The position numbers and the translations under genes were made by a program. A DNA stretch of 64,000 nt, taken from positions 82,850 through 146,849 of the forward strand of contig NMRA01000650.1 in assembly GCA_002633005.1 (NCBI GenBank), read 5' to 3'. Of this stretch, positions 28,801-40,800 are shown one piece after another. Each line of letters opens with the position of its first letter. The first letter of the stretch is position 1. The DNA is from Phoronis australis. Lineage: Eukaryota; Animalia; Phoronida. The notes under the pieces were generated by a model that made no database searches, was not told the DNA's origin, and saw only the letters and a program-made list of their open reading frames with translations.

Positions 28801-31800
28801 GTTTCTCTGAAGTTTTGTGACAGATTTCTGTGTAGCTTTCTATTAAAGAAGCACTGACATGTTCCTATTTTCTGATAATTGTTGTGTTTTAATGCCATCT
28901 AATGGTCATTTTTAAGACACAAATAAACAATCCTAAAAGCACACCATTTGCGATGCATTCGTGGGCGCATTTCAACGCTCTGCGTTGCTTTTGTCATTTA
29001 AGGCATGGATGGCGCAGCACTGGAAAAAGTGGGGGGCACCCCAGCCTCTCTAGTGCACCAACTATATTTCATGGTATGTGAAGCACTGAAAAAAGTGAAA
29101 GCTATAGGCTCCAGCCCCCTGTGCTGCGCCGCCCATGTAAGGCCTGGTCTGGAACGGATCTATTTCTGTACTAGTCACAACTGGAAATGGAATAGACCGT
29201 GAATTTAATAAGCACCTATTCCTTGATGTACACAGAGACACGTCCCAGGGCCTTGGGCCAGATGCATAAAACATAAAAGTCATCAAAGTACTAAACGTTT
29301 TAGATTAAAACGTTTTCCATTTGTAACGAATTTCAAGTATTTGACTTAGGCAGCAGAAAAGAAGATCAAACGGCGTAATCCTTTGTTCTGTTTGATGCAA
29401 CCTTGCTCCTTGGGCTCGCTACTGAAATCACCCATGTACAAGACATGTTAAAAAATAAAATCTGGACTGACTCAGAATTTTTTGAAAAAAATGGATCAGC
29501 AATGGCGTGATGTATGTCGGAGTGTTTAATCTATGCTGAGGTCACCCTGGGGATCACCCCATTACCACATATTAAAACACAAAACATCACTGAATGCTAT
29601 TGCACGGCAGCGCTGGAGCTCTCAAATTATAATGCTTCTGTTGTTTGGTTATTTGAATATTAAAAAGTGTGATTTTAAGGTATCTAAAGTAAATAAGTTC
29701 AAAGCAAAGCAATTTGGACCTACCTGTTTTTAATTATGCCGGTAAATAGAATATCGAGAAGAAACAATAATATAATTTATCGACGAGGAGAGTTTAGAAT
29801 GTGTCTCTGAACTGGCATAGCATGAATTCATCGCTAGTGATTTTGAGATCTTCACCATTGTTGCTCAGTTTAATTGCTTTACCTTGAAGAGATGCTGCGG
29901 CACTAGTAGCAATTTCCATGCATTGAATTTTATTTGGTTTTAGGAAGAGTCGTCCGGCGGAACGGAACCTGCTACAGGCCTAACACCGAATACAACTGGT
30001 AAGAAAAATTGCATTTTCATATCGTGAACTTTATTCAGCTTTGTTGCGTACATTAAACAGGGAAAGTGTGATGTAGATATATTTTCTCTAAAAAATCAAG
30101 ATACTTGAACACTTAGCAAGTGCGAGTGTTTCAAAAGTATGCTCGGGAGTGTACTACCATGACCTACAGTAGAAATGTGGGGATCAAAAGTATTCTTTGG
30201 AATGTACTAGCCTGACCTACAGTAGAAATGTGGTGATCAAAAGTATGCACAAGACTTCGCGCAATCACGCTACTGAAATGCAAATGTTTCAGAAGTCTGG
30301 CCTACTGTAGAACTGTTCCGATCACCGAACAAACTATTTAGTTGGTGAGATTGGAATGTTAAAATATGAGATTGAATTCAGTGTTTTTGTACAATAAGCT
30401 GAGATTTTCCCCGGCAGAGCAAAGAATGTCTTGCGATTCCGGGAATTAAACCCGGTGTCGTTCTGAAGATCGCAAGCTATTATTCTGCCCTCACGGCGCA
30501 CGCCGAAACATCTGAAACAATGGAATAGAAACTGCGAACTCAGTACCTTCAGGGAAGATTTCAATCTCACCAATTTGGTCAAATTCGCTATTATGTCCAA
30601 AAACAAAGTGCAATTTCTGAGCTAAAATGGATCGGCGTGTTTGGATACCCTAGCTTTCACGTGAGACTTTTCCTAAACATCAAGCAATATGCAGCCCCAC
30701 CAAAGGGTGCAAATAGGAAATTTTACCCGGATATACTAGTTAACTGCCAAGCATACACGCAAAACACTTGCACCTTTGTATCTCCTGCTTTTTCCGCTTC
30801 GCAAGTTCTTGGTATGAGGTTGCTTGTTTCACTTGGGATCTCATGTCCAGAGCGCCTTCCTGGTCAGCCTGCCTGTGTTGCTCAGACAAAGACATAGTAA
30901 AACATTAAGATAATGAAACAGACGATTGCTACGGAACAACCAAAAAGGATCCTGCACAACAATTCATATCTACATGTAGCTTCCAAGTCAAGTTGTCCGG
31001 GCACTGAGTACGAGGCCGGCCGTGTTCATAAGCCTGATCTTTCCGAAAAAAGAGAATGATTTGAATTTTCTCGTTAACCGAATAGCTACTCTCACACATG
31101 CTCTTTTACGCGCCAACTTATTGCGATAAAAAGGACAATGGGTGTCATCGTCACCTTCTCATTCCCGGATTGTTATTGAAAACGGAAATGCAGAATAACT
31201 TGGACAATACAGTGTATGTGTCTAAGTCTGAAAAATGAAGTGATCACTAATAAAAGCTACTAAGTAAGAAAACAGGAACTTAATTGACAGTAATTTCAAT
31301 TCCTCATAAGTACCAATACATGTAAATGTCATTTCTATCTCTATAGCAACCATCGATGGAACAGCCGGTGGAGTTATGCGGTACAAAGGGGTTCAAATTA
31401 GAGTACCGCCTAACGCAATATCCGGGGACATAAACATTGAGTTTGTAGATCAGTCGTTGTCAGCACGAGAAGTGCGTGACAAAACTAAAGGCAGAGCTAT
31501 CCTCCATTGTCAGGTAATATGTGTGGATAGTACAGATGAAGATGCAACATTCTCAGAGCCAGTCGAAATTCGAGTACCTCTTAGAACAATGCTTGAAAAG
31601 GTGAATGATCAACGAATAGACAGCGAAGATCTTCGCATATTGCATGAAAAAGACGGTGAAGTGACAGACATTACTGAAGATTGCAATGTCAGGCTGAAAT
31701 GGGGGGAAATGGCCTTCTACTGTAAAACATGTTCAATGGTTAATATTGCTTGGCTGGCAGATTTCACATCACGTATCCCTACTGACGTGTTTACGACCAT

Positions 31801-34800
31801 CAAACATATTCTCCAAGCGTCATACATGTGCACGATATCCCCGTACATAAAATATAGACAAGATGGAGGATTGACAGTTCAACTATTTTGTCATGGCGTG
31901 GACGTGGAACGTACTGATGACATTGAACACGAGTGTACAAGTTACAAAATGCGTTTAATAAATAGTGTAACGTTGTTATTTAAAGTTGATTACTGGTCCA
32001 TTAAGGATGAGGAAAAGACACAAATTTACTCCAGAAAGTTTAAACTTGAAAGGGATCATTGTGACAGGGCATGTACAGTTTATTCAATGATAAGAACTGG
32101 TGTTAGAGCACTTGTAGCTGACAAGGTTCAACTGTATGTGAAGGAACTAATCTACAAGGAAACGCTGATGGACAGGTCTGTGAAGGTTCATGTAAGTACT
32201 TGTTTATCTTGATTGACTGTGTGTGTGGGACTAGAGGTTACTTGTGTTGTATTGAAGTACGAAACTAGAGTCCTCGTTTTTGCTACAGTGAATGGCGTTG
32301 TACTTTTAGTGGTTGAGCCGAAGGGTGGGGTATTAATACTGGAAATGCAATCACCAAAAACTTTTGTGCACGTTTCATCAAACATTGATGGGATATTACC
32401 ACTTTTAGTCCGTACCCGTCACCCGTGTTACACCTCTATAATTCAGTTGAACTTGACCCTTAATGAGTTTCTTATGACATTCTCTTCATTGTGTCTCGGT
32501 GTGTACGTGTACTGTACGTGTAAATATCTCTCGTATACGGATTGCAGCAAAGCTTTATTTACTGCTTGTTTCTGATCATTGGAGTAATCGATTTGATTTG
32601 AGATTTTGTTAACTTCACGACTTCTTTCTTCATTTTGACTTTCATCTAAGGAACTGTCTAGAATGTACGGATCTTATTCTATACATGTACTAGTAGTATG
32701 GACATGCATTCGAAGCTTTTGAGTGAACTACTGGAGATGGAACGGATTATAGTATCATAGGCCCACTATTACATGGTAGTTTCCAGGATGTACGCAGAAA
32801 AAAATATCCTGCAGCTTAGGGTCTGTTGCATAAAGGATCAAAGTCATTCAAGTACTTAATGCATTAGTTTTAAAGTGTTTTCCACTCTGGAAAAACGCCA
32901 AGCATTTGACCCAGGTTGCAGAAAAAAAGACCAAGGGAGCTATCCCGTTCAAGTCTTGACCGTGTCCTGATGAAACCAGTCTCATTGTACCTTTGGCTTG
33001 GAACCGACGTCACACATCAACGTAAACGTGTTAACAATGACGTTTTTTACCCTGATTCAAGTTTTTAACAGGAAATTGCGATCTCATTTTTCATTGTAAA
33101 ATACAAATAAAATGTAACTAAAAAACCCTAACCGACTCCGAATTCGTTGGACAATTTGTTCAGCCATGGCGCGATATATGTCGGATTGTTAAATCTATAC
33201 TGATAGCAACCTAGGGATCTTTTCATGTTTATATGCTATATAAATATAACGTTCCTGAAGTCTATTGCGTTGCAGCACAGAAGTCTTAAAAGTCTAAGTT
33301 CTTTGTTGTACAGTTCTCCAAAATTTGAAAAATGCTACTTTGTTGTACTTAAAATGAATGAGTTTGAGGCAGTCTTGACCTACCTGTTGTTATTATACCG
33401 GTAAATGCAGAATGTATTTAACTGGTAATTTTGAGATTTTCGCAAGGTCTTGTGTTGCTGAAGATAATAAATTTTCCACGAAGAAATGCCACTGTACTAG
33501 TAATTATTTCTGTGCTTTGAATATTGTTTCGTTTCAGGAAGAGTCGGCAAGCGGAACGCCATCAGCTATTATAATGACGCCCAATACAACAGGTAAGAAA
33601 TATTGAGTTTTCACAGCGTGAATTAAAGGCTAATGCCACCCGATTTAATTACTCTTTTTTGCCCTCTTAATCGGTCTATTTTCACATCGCCTCGCATACG
33701 GTCGACCTTACCTTGCCAAGAGGTGTCGCGTTAACCTGTGAGGAAGGTGAGGAACGACGCTAGCGACGTCAACGGTTCATAAGCAGAGTGAATGCCGCTA
33801 TGATGCGGTATATCGTTCCCGCTTGTCCGAACTAAGCAGCCGCCAGGAAAGCGAGTATATCGTGTTTTTTTACTTCCTCGAGAGTCTGAAATGCTTAGGA
33901 AGTGGCTCATGGTAGTCAAAAAAGAAATGTACGCTGTAAATAACAAGTATGAGGCCGTGAAACGCCTCCGTGTCTGTGGCCTGCAGACGACGTCGACAGT
34001 GCCTCACAAATGCCGGCTTACCAAATAACTCCATACGTTCCGTTTTCTGAGCTTGTTCACGGCGCCTCTCTAGTATTTCTTCATCACTGTATTCCTGATC
34101 GAATTGGTAGCCTGTAAAACTTAATGATCCACCTGCGAAGTCGGGATTGATGAGCCCGGCGCTCCAGCTCGTCCTAAGTTGGGATTGCGAGTTGCCATGT
34201 TTGGCGTTTATTACTGAGCGTTCTGTTTCAAAATGAATTATTCTCACCCTAATCAATACTTATATAAAACTGAAACAAAGTCTGTCTCATTAGATGCAAT
34301 TTGTAATGCCTTTGGAGTGTTCGTGAGTGCACGAAATGATTTGAGAAGCCAGCAATGAATAAATCACTGCGGTACCGGCTTTAGGTGCAATAAAACTAAT
34401 TGACGGGACACCGAGGCCGTGAGAGCTCATGCTAATTTAGTGTTTGCAGGCAGAAACTGTTGTGAAACAACTCAATTTCCATCCCACGACCAGGTGTTAG
34501 GGGAATCTTTATTTACATTTACATTACTCAAATAATGATTGTCAATGTACAAGTTCTGCCCTGACGGTGCTGTGGCCAAAGCGGAACGAATTCGCGGCCC
34601 CGACGAGTAACTGATGTAGATTTGCAGTTTCGTGGCCATTAACATAATCACGTGCACATTACTTTGGCTTACTAGTATATTATTTTCTTGACTGGAAGTT
34701 CAGTTTCCACTGAACGTTGGCTGGTTTGTTCGTGATGTCTGATCAGTTTCCGAGCCACTGGTCGGGATAACGAGTCAATCCGGCCGGCCGCGACGGGCCT

Positions 34801-37800
34801 GATCGGGCTCCGAGCCACTGGCCAGGATAACAAGCGTTTTGTGTTTAGAACTCAGAAAATCACAAGTCTAAACGACACAGATCTGGGTTCTTCTGTCTGT
34901 ATCTCACGGAATACTTCGAAATTATCTCCGAACACACCCCAAACTCCTCAGTGCTACGGACCTTATTGGCCTGCCGAACTTTGTAGGCTACGGTGTGTCC
35001 AAATACCAATAAAGCCCGTAACAGTGAAATAAAACAACACGTTTTTGTAAGAACTCTGTGTAGTTTGATGATTTATTGGTGTTAAACGATGACTCCAAGC
35101 GATAAGCCGACACCAGTAACCCGTGTTGTGTACTGCTGAACAGAATGCGTGTGAAACCGATGACGTAATTGGATAATTTCAACACCTCCGTCTGCCGTCA
35201 GGTGTCAGGAAACGCAACCGCACGTGTCGTTATGGAGTAGAACTACTCGATCTAAATTGATGCAAATTAGGTTGTTTTTTGGGTGGCATGCTCCTTTAAA
35301 GTCACCTTCGTGGCGTATACATGTACCGCTCTGTAACGCTATTTTCTCTAAAAACCAAGATACCAGAAGACATCTCAAAATCACTTTAGTGAAACGTTTG
35401 TGTTTCATAAGTATGGTAGCAAGCTTAATAGCCTGAATTACGGTGGAAAAAATGGTGATCGCTGACCGAACTACAATGTTGGTGAGATTGTGATTTTTCG
35501 CCGACAGCGTAAATGAATGCCTTGCGTTCTATGGAAATCAATCCAGTGTTTGCCCTGAAGGCCGCAAGCTATTATCTTACCCTCATGGCCCAAAGCGAAA
35601 AATCGGCGCNCATGGTCATGTGGTGATGTGACTATGTAATACATGGTCATGTGGTGATGTGACTATGTAATACATGGTCATGTGGTGATGTGACTATGTA
35701 ATACATGGTCATGTGGTGATGTGGTTATGTGATGCATGGTCATGTGGTATGTTGGCTATGTAATACACGGTAAACAGTTTGCTGAAGCGCTCAAAATCCA
35801 TCAGTGGCTATCAACCTTTTGTATTTTCAAATGTACTTTCTTTTAACAACAACATACATTGATGTTTTAATCATTATCATGAAAGTCTCACCATCATGGT
35901 TCCAAGTACAATGTACTCGAAGTATTGTGTAGTAGTAACTTTTCATTGACCATTTATACGTATGACGTAGATGTAATTGTATAACCTAACATTACAACAC
36001 AACTGCATGGTTGTAATAAGATGGTTAATTTGCATTTAATATAGGTGTTCAAGATGAAGACTACATGTATGTCAAAGTTCTCTAAGTTACTTCTTTGTGT
36101 TCATTTCAAACAACCTTTTGAGTCCAATATTTGATAATTCTTCATGTTAAATATCAAACCTTTAAAAACAAACTCTAATTTAAAATTTTAAAGATCAATG
36201 GATAAATCATGGTGTTTGAAAGTTTCGTATCAATACGGTGGTTTATTTTTGAGACAAGATTTTGGCTAAGTTTGGACTTTTTTTACAGTACTGCTAACTC
36301 TCAAGAAGGACTTAAAACGAAACTTTAAAAGTTCATGGCTAGCAATCAAAACATATCTTGTGGTTTAACTATCACCGGCCCCTCAGGTTTTTGCCGAGAT
36401 ATAGGCCAAGAAAACCCACTCGAAATGTTTATTGTTAAAAGTTCTCAACAGCTGTGATTCTCTTCAACTCAATGGAGTACATTTAAAACTTGAAGAGTTA
36501 CGTGTAGCGACCACTAGCAAGAATAATCATCTTCAAAACATTTTAGTGGCGTGTATTCTGCTCTTCTAGAGTAAACTAACAGGACATCACAGGATTACAA
36601 CTAAATATAACCATGTGCAGAATCGGCTAGCTGTATTGTTAACGTAGCTTAAAATTTTGTCTATTTATTCTCAGGAAAACGGCGATTGACAAGAAAACTT
36701 CATGAACAGCTGCTTCTGGAAGTTGTTGAACGTGTCAATGGCGGTTATTTTGAAAGACTAAAGGGATTGTGTGAAGAATGGATTAAGTAAGAAAAATAAC
36801 ATTACATGTTTATGAATTATTCATATGCTGCTCAGTGACTGCAAATAATCGCCAGCAAAATGATCGCCATTGCACCAATCTTCGTTATAAAGTTATCTAG
36901 AGCACTATTTTGGTCGGTCATGAAGTGACAATTTCAAAGTGAAACAAAATGGTTAAGAAGTTGTTGATTCAGTCTAAATAGACAAAGAACTCCACTTCGA
37001 TCACAAAAGCATGGAATACGACCACGTTTTTGTCAGAGGCATAAAATAAAATCACTCACCTTTGTTCTAAACGACATGTCCGAAGGTAATTGTGGAATTA
37101 CTAGCTCTCAGATATTAGCTTTAAAGGGCCACAATCACGAGATGTCGCTTCGAGTTGAGTTACCGAAAAACAAGTATTCATGGCACTACTGGCGCCGTTT
37201 AATGTTGAACGTGTTCCAGGTTTGTGTCGGTTCAGTTTTTCAGGAGCTTTTGGACTGCTGGTATATTTTGCCAAATATCTTCAAAATTGTATTTTTATCT
37301 AAATAATTGTGAATCTTTTAAATAGAACAAATCCCGTAGAGATTGAATTGTGACCTAGTACCAAACTGTTGCTAATTGGATCACGAGAACTGTCATTTTA
37401 GCAAAAATGAACAAAAAATAGAAAGTCACATCTGTAATACCTGTAATACCTGTCACGGACAGGATCATTGGGGATATGCTGGTGCATTATTCCTCTCCCT
37501 AGACCATCCCCGTGACAGCAGAACTCCAGGGCTGACGTCACATCTGTAACAAAACAACAGTGTCAATAACATGACTAAGTTTCCTCTTTACAAATGTTCA
37601 ACATGAAATCTAAAAATGACTCACTGTTTTCAAAATTGTACTTTCGTTTTCGCGTCATACAACTTTGGATTTTTTAAGAAGTATAGTAAAAACTTTTTAT
37701 AACCCCTTAAGCAAAAGTGAACATTTGCAAAAACCATTCAGAACAGCATTTTGGAGAACCTGCCATAAAAGATAATATGTTTCACAGGAATCCCAACAGT

Positions 37801-40800
37801 CTAGGATCTAATGCTCTAAACTTAATCCCAAATTTGGCCATTTCCGCGGCTCCAACATAACCTTAAGCCACAATGAGCGTTGTAAAACAAAGTTTGTTTT
37901 CTCAAAATTTGGGTCTCATATATTAGCCTTCATGCTTCATGATATTAGAAATATCGTATCTTCACATCTCATTTCATGTCATTTTCCAACATGTTAAATA
38001 ATTTTCATTAGGACATCAAAGATATCCCATTAGTTAAGTGCAGTTGTCAATGAAAATACATTTCCATTACAGCTGGAAGTAGTTTATTTTCTTTGAATAT
38101 TAAATATGCGTCAAATTATTTGTGAATGTAATTAACACGTAATTAAGTAAGGTTAAGCACCCAATTTGGCGAACGTGTAGACTGGTATTTTTTCAATTGA
38201 CCGCAAGGGCTCGCTGGTGATACAGTTTTATAAGGATGTAGCAGTAAAGATTTTTAAATTACCTTGAGGGTGAAGCTGCATCTGCTGCACTTCGTCTCAA
38301 ATATAATGGTCAGTGGGTGAAAACTAACATCCCTGACTCCGTTGCACACCGAAGCCACAGGAATGTTTGCAATAAGCTAATGGCCAAGACTGGGCAACTA
38401 TGGAACATGCCTAGCGATGTCCAGGTCACAACTTTAAATCATACAAACAATTTCTTCACGGAAATTGGCGATGGATGGCCTACCGCAGAACACAAGAATG
38501 AGGTGGTTTGTTATACGGACGGCTCTAAACTGGAAAATGGCCAGACAGGTGCTGGGGTCTACTTTCCAAGCCTTCCTGTTGCAGATGCAGAAAACTGGGT
38601 ATCGTTGGGCAATCTTGCCACGGTGTTTCAGGCTGAGATCACTGCAATTAATAGAGCTGCTCAATTGGCACAACAATATAACACTGAACTTGGCAATCGG
38701 CCAATTATCATCTTTTCAGATAGCCAGGCAGCAATAAAAGCCCTAAAGAAACTAAGGGTCAACTCTCGTTGTGTTAATGCTTGTATTAATGAGCTTAACA
38801 AGCTTGCAATTGAAAGAACCGTCAATATACGCTGGGTCAGGGCCCATGTGGGAATTGATGGCAATGAGAATGCAGACAGACTCGCAAAGATAGGAGCAAG
38901 CGTTCTGCATTTTGTGCCTGAACCTGCTATCCCGGTATCTTACGGATGTTGCAGGATGAGTATACGCAACTGGGTACATACCCAGTCAGCAGCCCAGTGG
39001 GCATCACTTAACTCCTGCAGAGAAACCAAGGAGAATTTTCCCAACGTGATCGAACCAAAAGGTTCAAAAAGCCTTCTGAGTCTAGATAGATTGGGTATAA
39101 GACACGTCATTCAAATTTTGACGGGCCACTGCAACCTAGCCCGACACAGACACATTACTGGGCATATGAGGAGCCCTGTGTGTCCCGAGTGTGGTACTGA
39201 CGTAGAATCTCCTAAACACCTGGTAGAGTCTTGCCCAGCTTTTTATAGGCTAAGGAGCAACCTACTGGATGGCATTGTTACATGCCTACAACATATAGTG
39301 CATGGCAACAAATGGAAACGTCTGTCCGTTTTCCTAAAGGATACTGGCAGACTTGAAAACTTTCTTCACGAGGAGCCATAATTGGGGTCTCGTGCCTTTG
39401 CTCAGGTGTTTTGTGCAATGGGCCCCAACCATGAGGCCTGCGCACGTCTGATGCACCGCAAATGACATCAGACCACCTGCACTGTATTTTTTTTTTTAAA
39501 GATTTTCAATAGCTTGTCGACACTTTTAGTTAAATAATTCTGCTCCACATGTTTGTCGAGTTTCTCATCCATGCCAGATCGTGAAAATGTATCAACCAAT
39601 CAGTCAATAATCAATTTTAGTGATCTGTAGCTACCCAGGCACAACTGAGGGTTAAATGTATTTTTCCAAACAAAACGTACAAGATAGGCAACACGTATAA
39701 TGTACTAACGTACTAAACCGCAGATTTAACAAATTTGCATTTTTAATTCAGTTTTTGAAATTTGGAAAATATTTCCTCTGAACTCCCAATTTTGCGGAAG
39801 TTTATTGTTTTACGATGTTGCTTAATCTTTTTTTTTCGTTTTATACGCCCACATGCCTACATAGGTATTTCTTTAAGAATACTTCGCCGTCTCCTCGATT
39901 TGTTGAGAGAGAATTTACGTGCATCTTTTCTAGACCGCCTACTACATATAGTCCCCGTCTTAAACGTTTTTAAGGGTTTTTGGCGTCAGCTTTCTCCCTA
40001 CCAAGCTATTTTAAGGATTGAAATATTGACATGAGATTGGCATATTCATATACGTTAAGGAAGATTGTGAACACATGCGTGGTCCTTCTGGGACGCAGAC
40101 GGCTGACGATGATTTTTTCGATGGCTCTTCACAACGGTGGCACCACCGAATGGCAAATTTGTTTTCTCGTTTTCGTCCGTAAGTAATACTTGCTTAGACG
40201 GATTGTTATGAATTTTGGCATATAGTTTGTGCCAAAGCGAATATAGCCATGACTGTGTGTATTATTGACGTATTTTAAGCCATTTAGTGCCAGTGACCAT
40301 TTTTTGAATTTAGAAAATGTTTATTGGCGCACGTCTCTGTAAAGTCTCTAGTATATTTAACATTTTGAAAACTGACATATGTATTTCTACCGAGAACACC
40401 ACAGCTAACGTTGACTTTCGGAAAGTTTCGACTGCTGTGGCACCTCTTTATGGCGTTTGTTTGTTTTTTCGTCTGTGGTGGTATATGGTCCTAAACGTCA
40501 TGCAGGATCTTTAATAAATTTGTCTGAAATGGTTGTTTACATTTCTTAAATCCTTCACGGATTTTCATGAAACATGGTAAATGAATTCTATCCAACATAC
40601 AATAACAATCTTTTAAATTGATTCAACAGATTGTGTGTTACCTTTTGGTCATTTCTAATGCAAATAAACTGTTGTGCAATTTCCCTACCTATTGGACTAA
40701 CCAGTGTAAAAAAAAATCACTTATGAAAATTAACGGACGTGTTTCTACCTTGACGTGCACTATTGCCGACGGTTACATACTGTTGCGGCTCCATATTTAT

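Noticed and set aside
35611-35770. 31-bp repeat resembling a CRISPR array
   Set aside because: Units are head-to-tail with no unique spacers, there are no cas genes, and the context is eukaryotic.
38317-39381. Stand-alone cellular RNase H gene
   Set aside because: It has a TSD, an empty paralogous site, a 5' truncation and a CCHC knuckle, all indicating a retrotransposon fragment.
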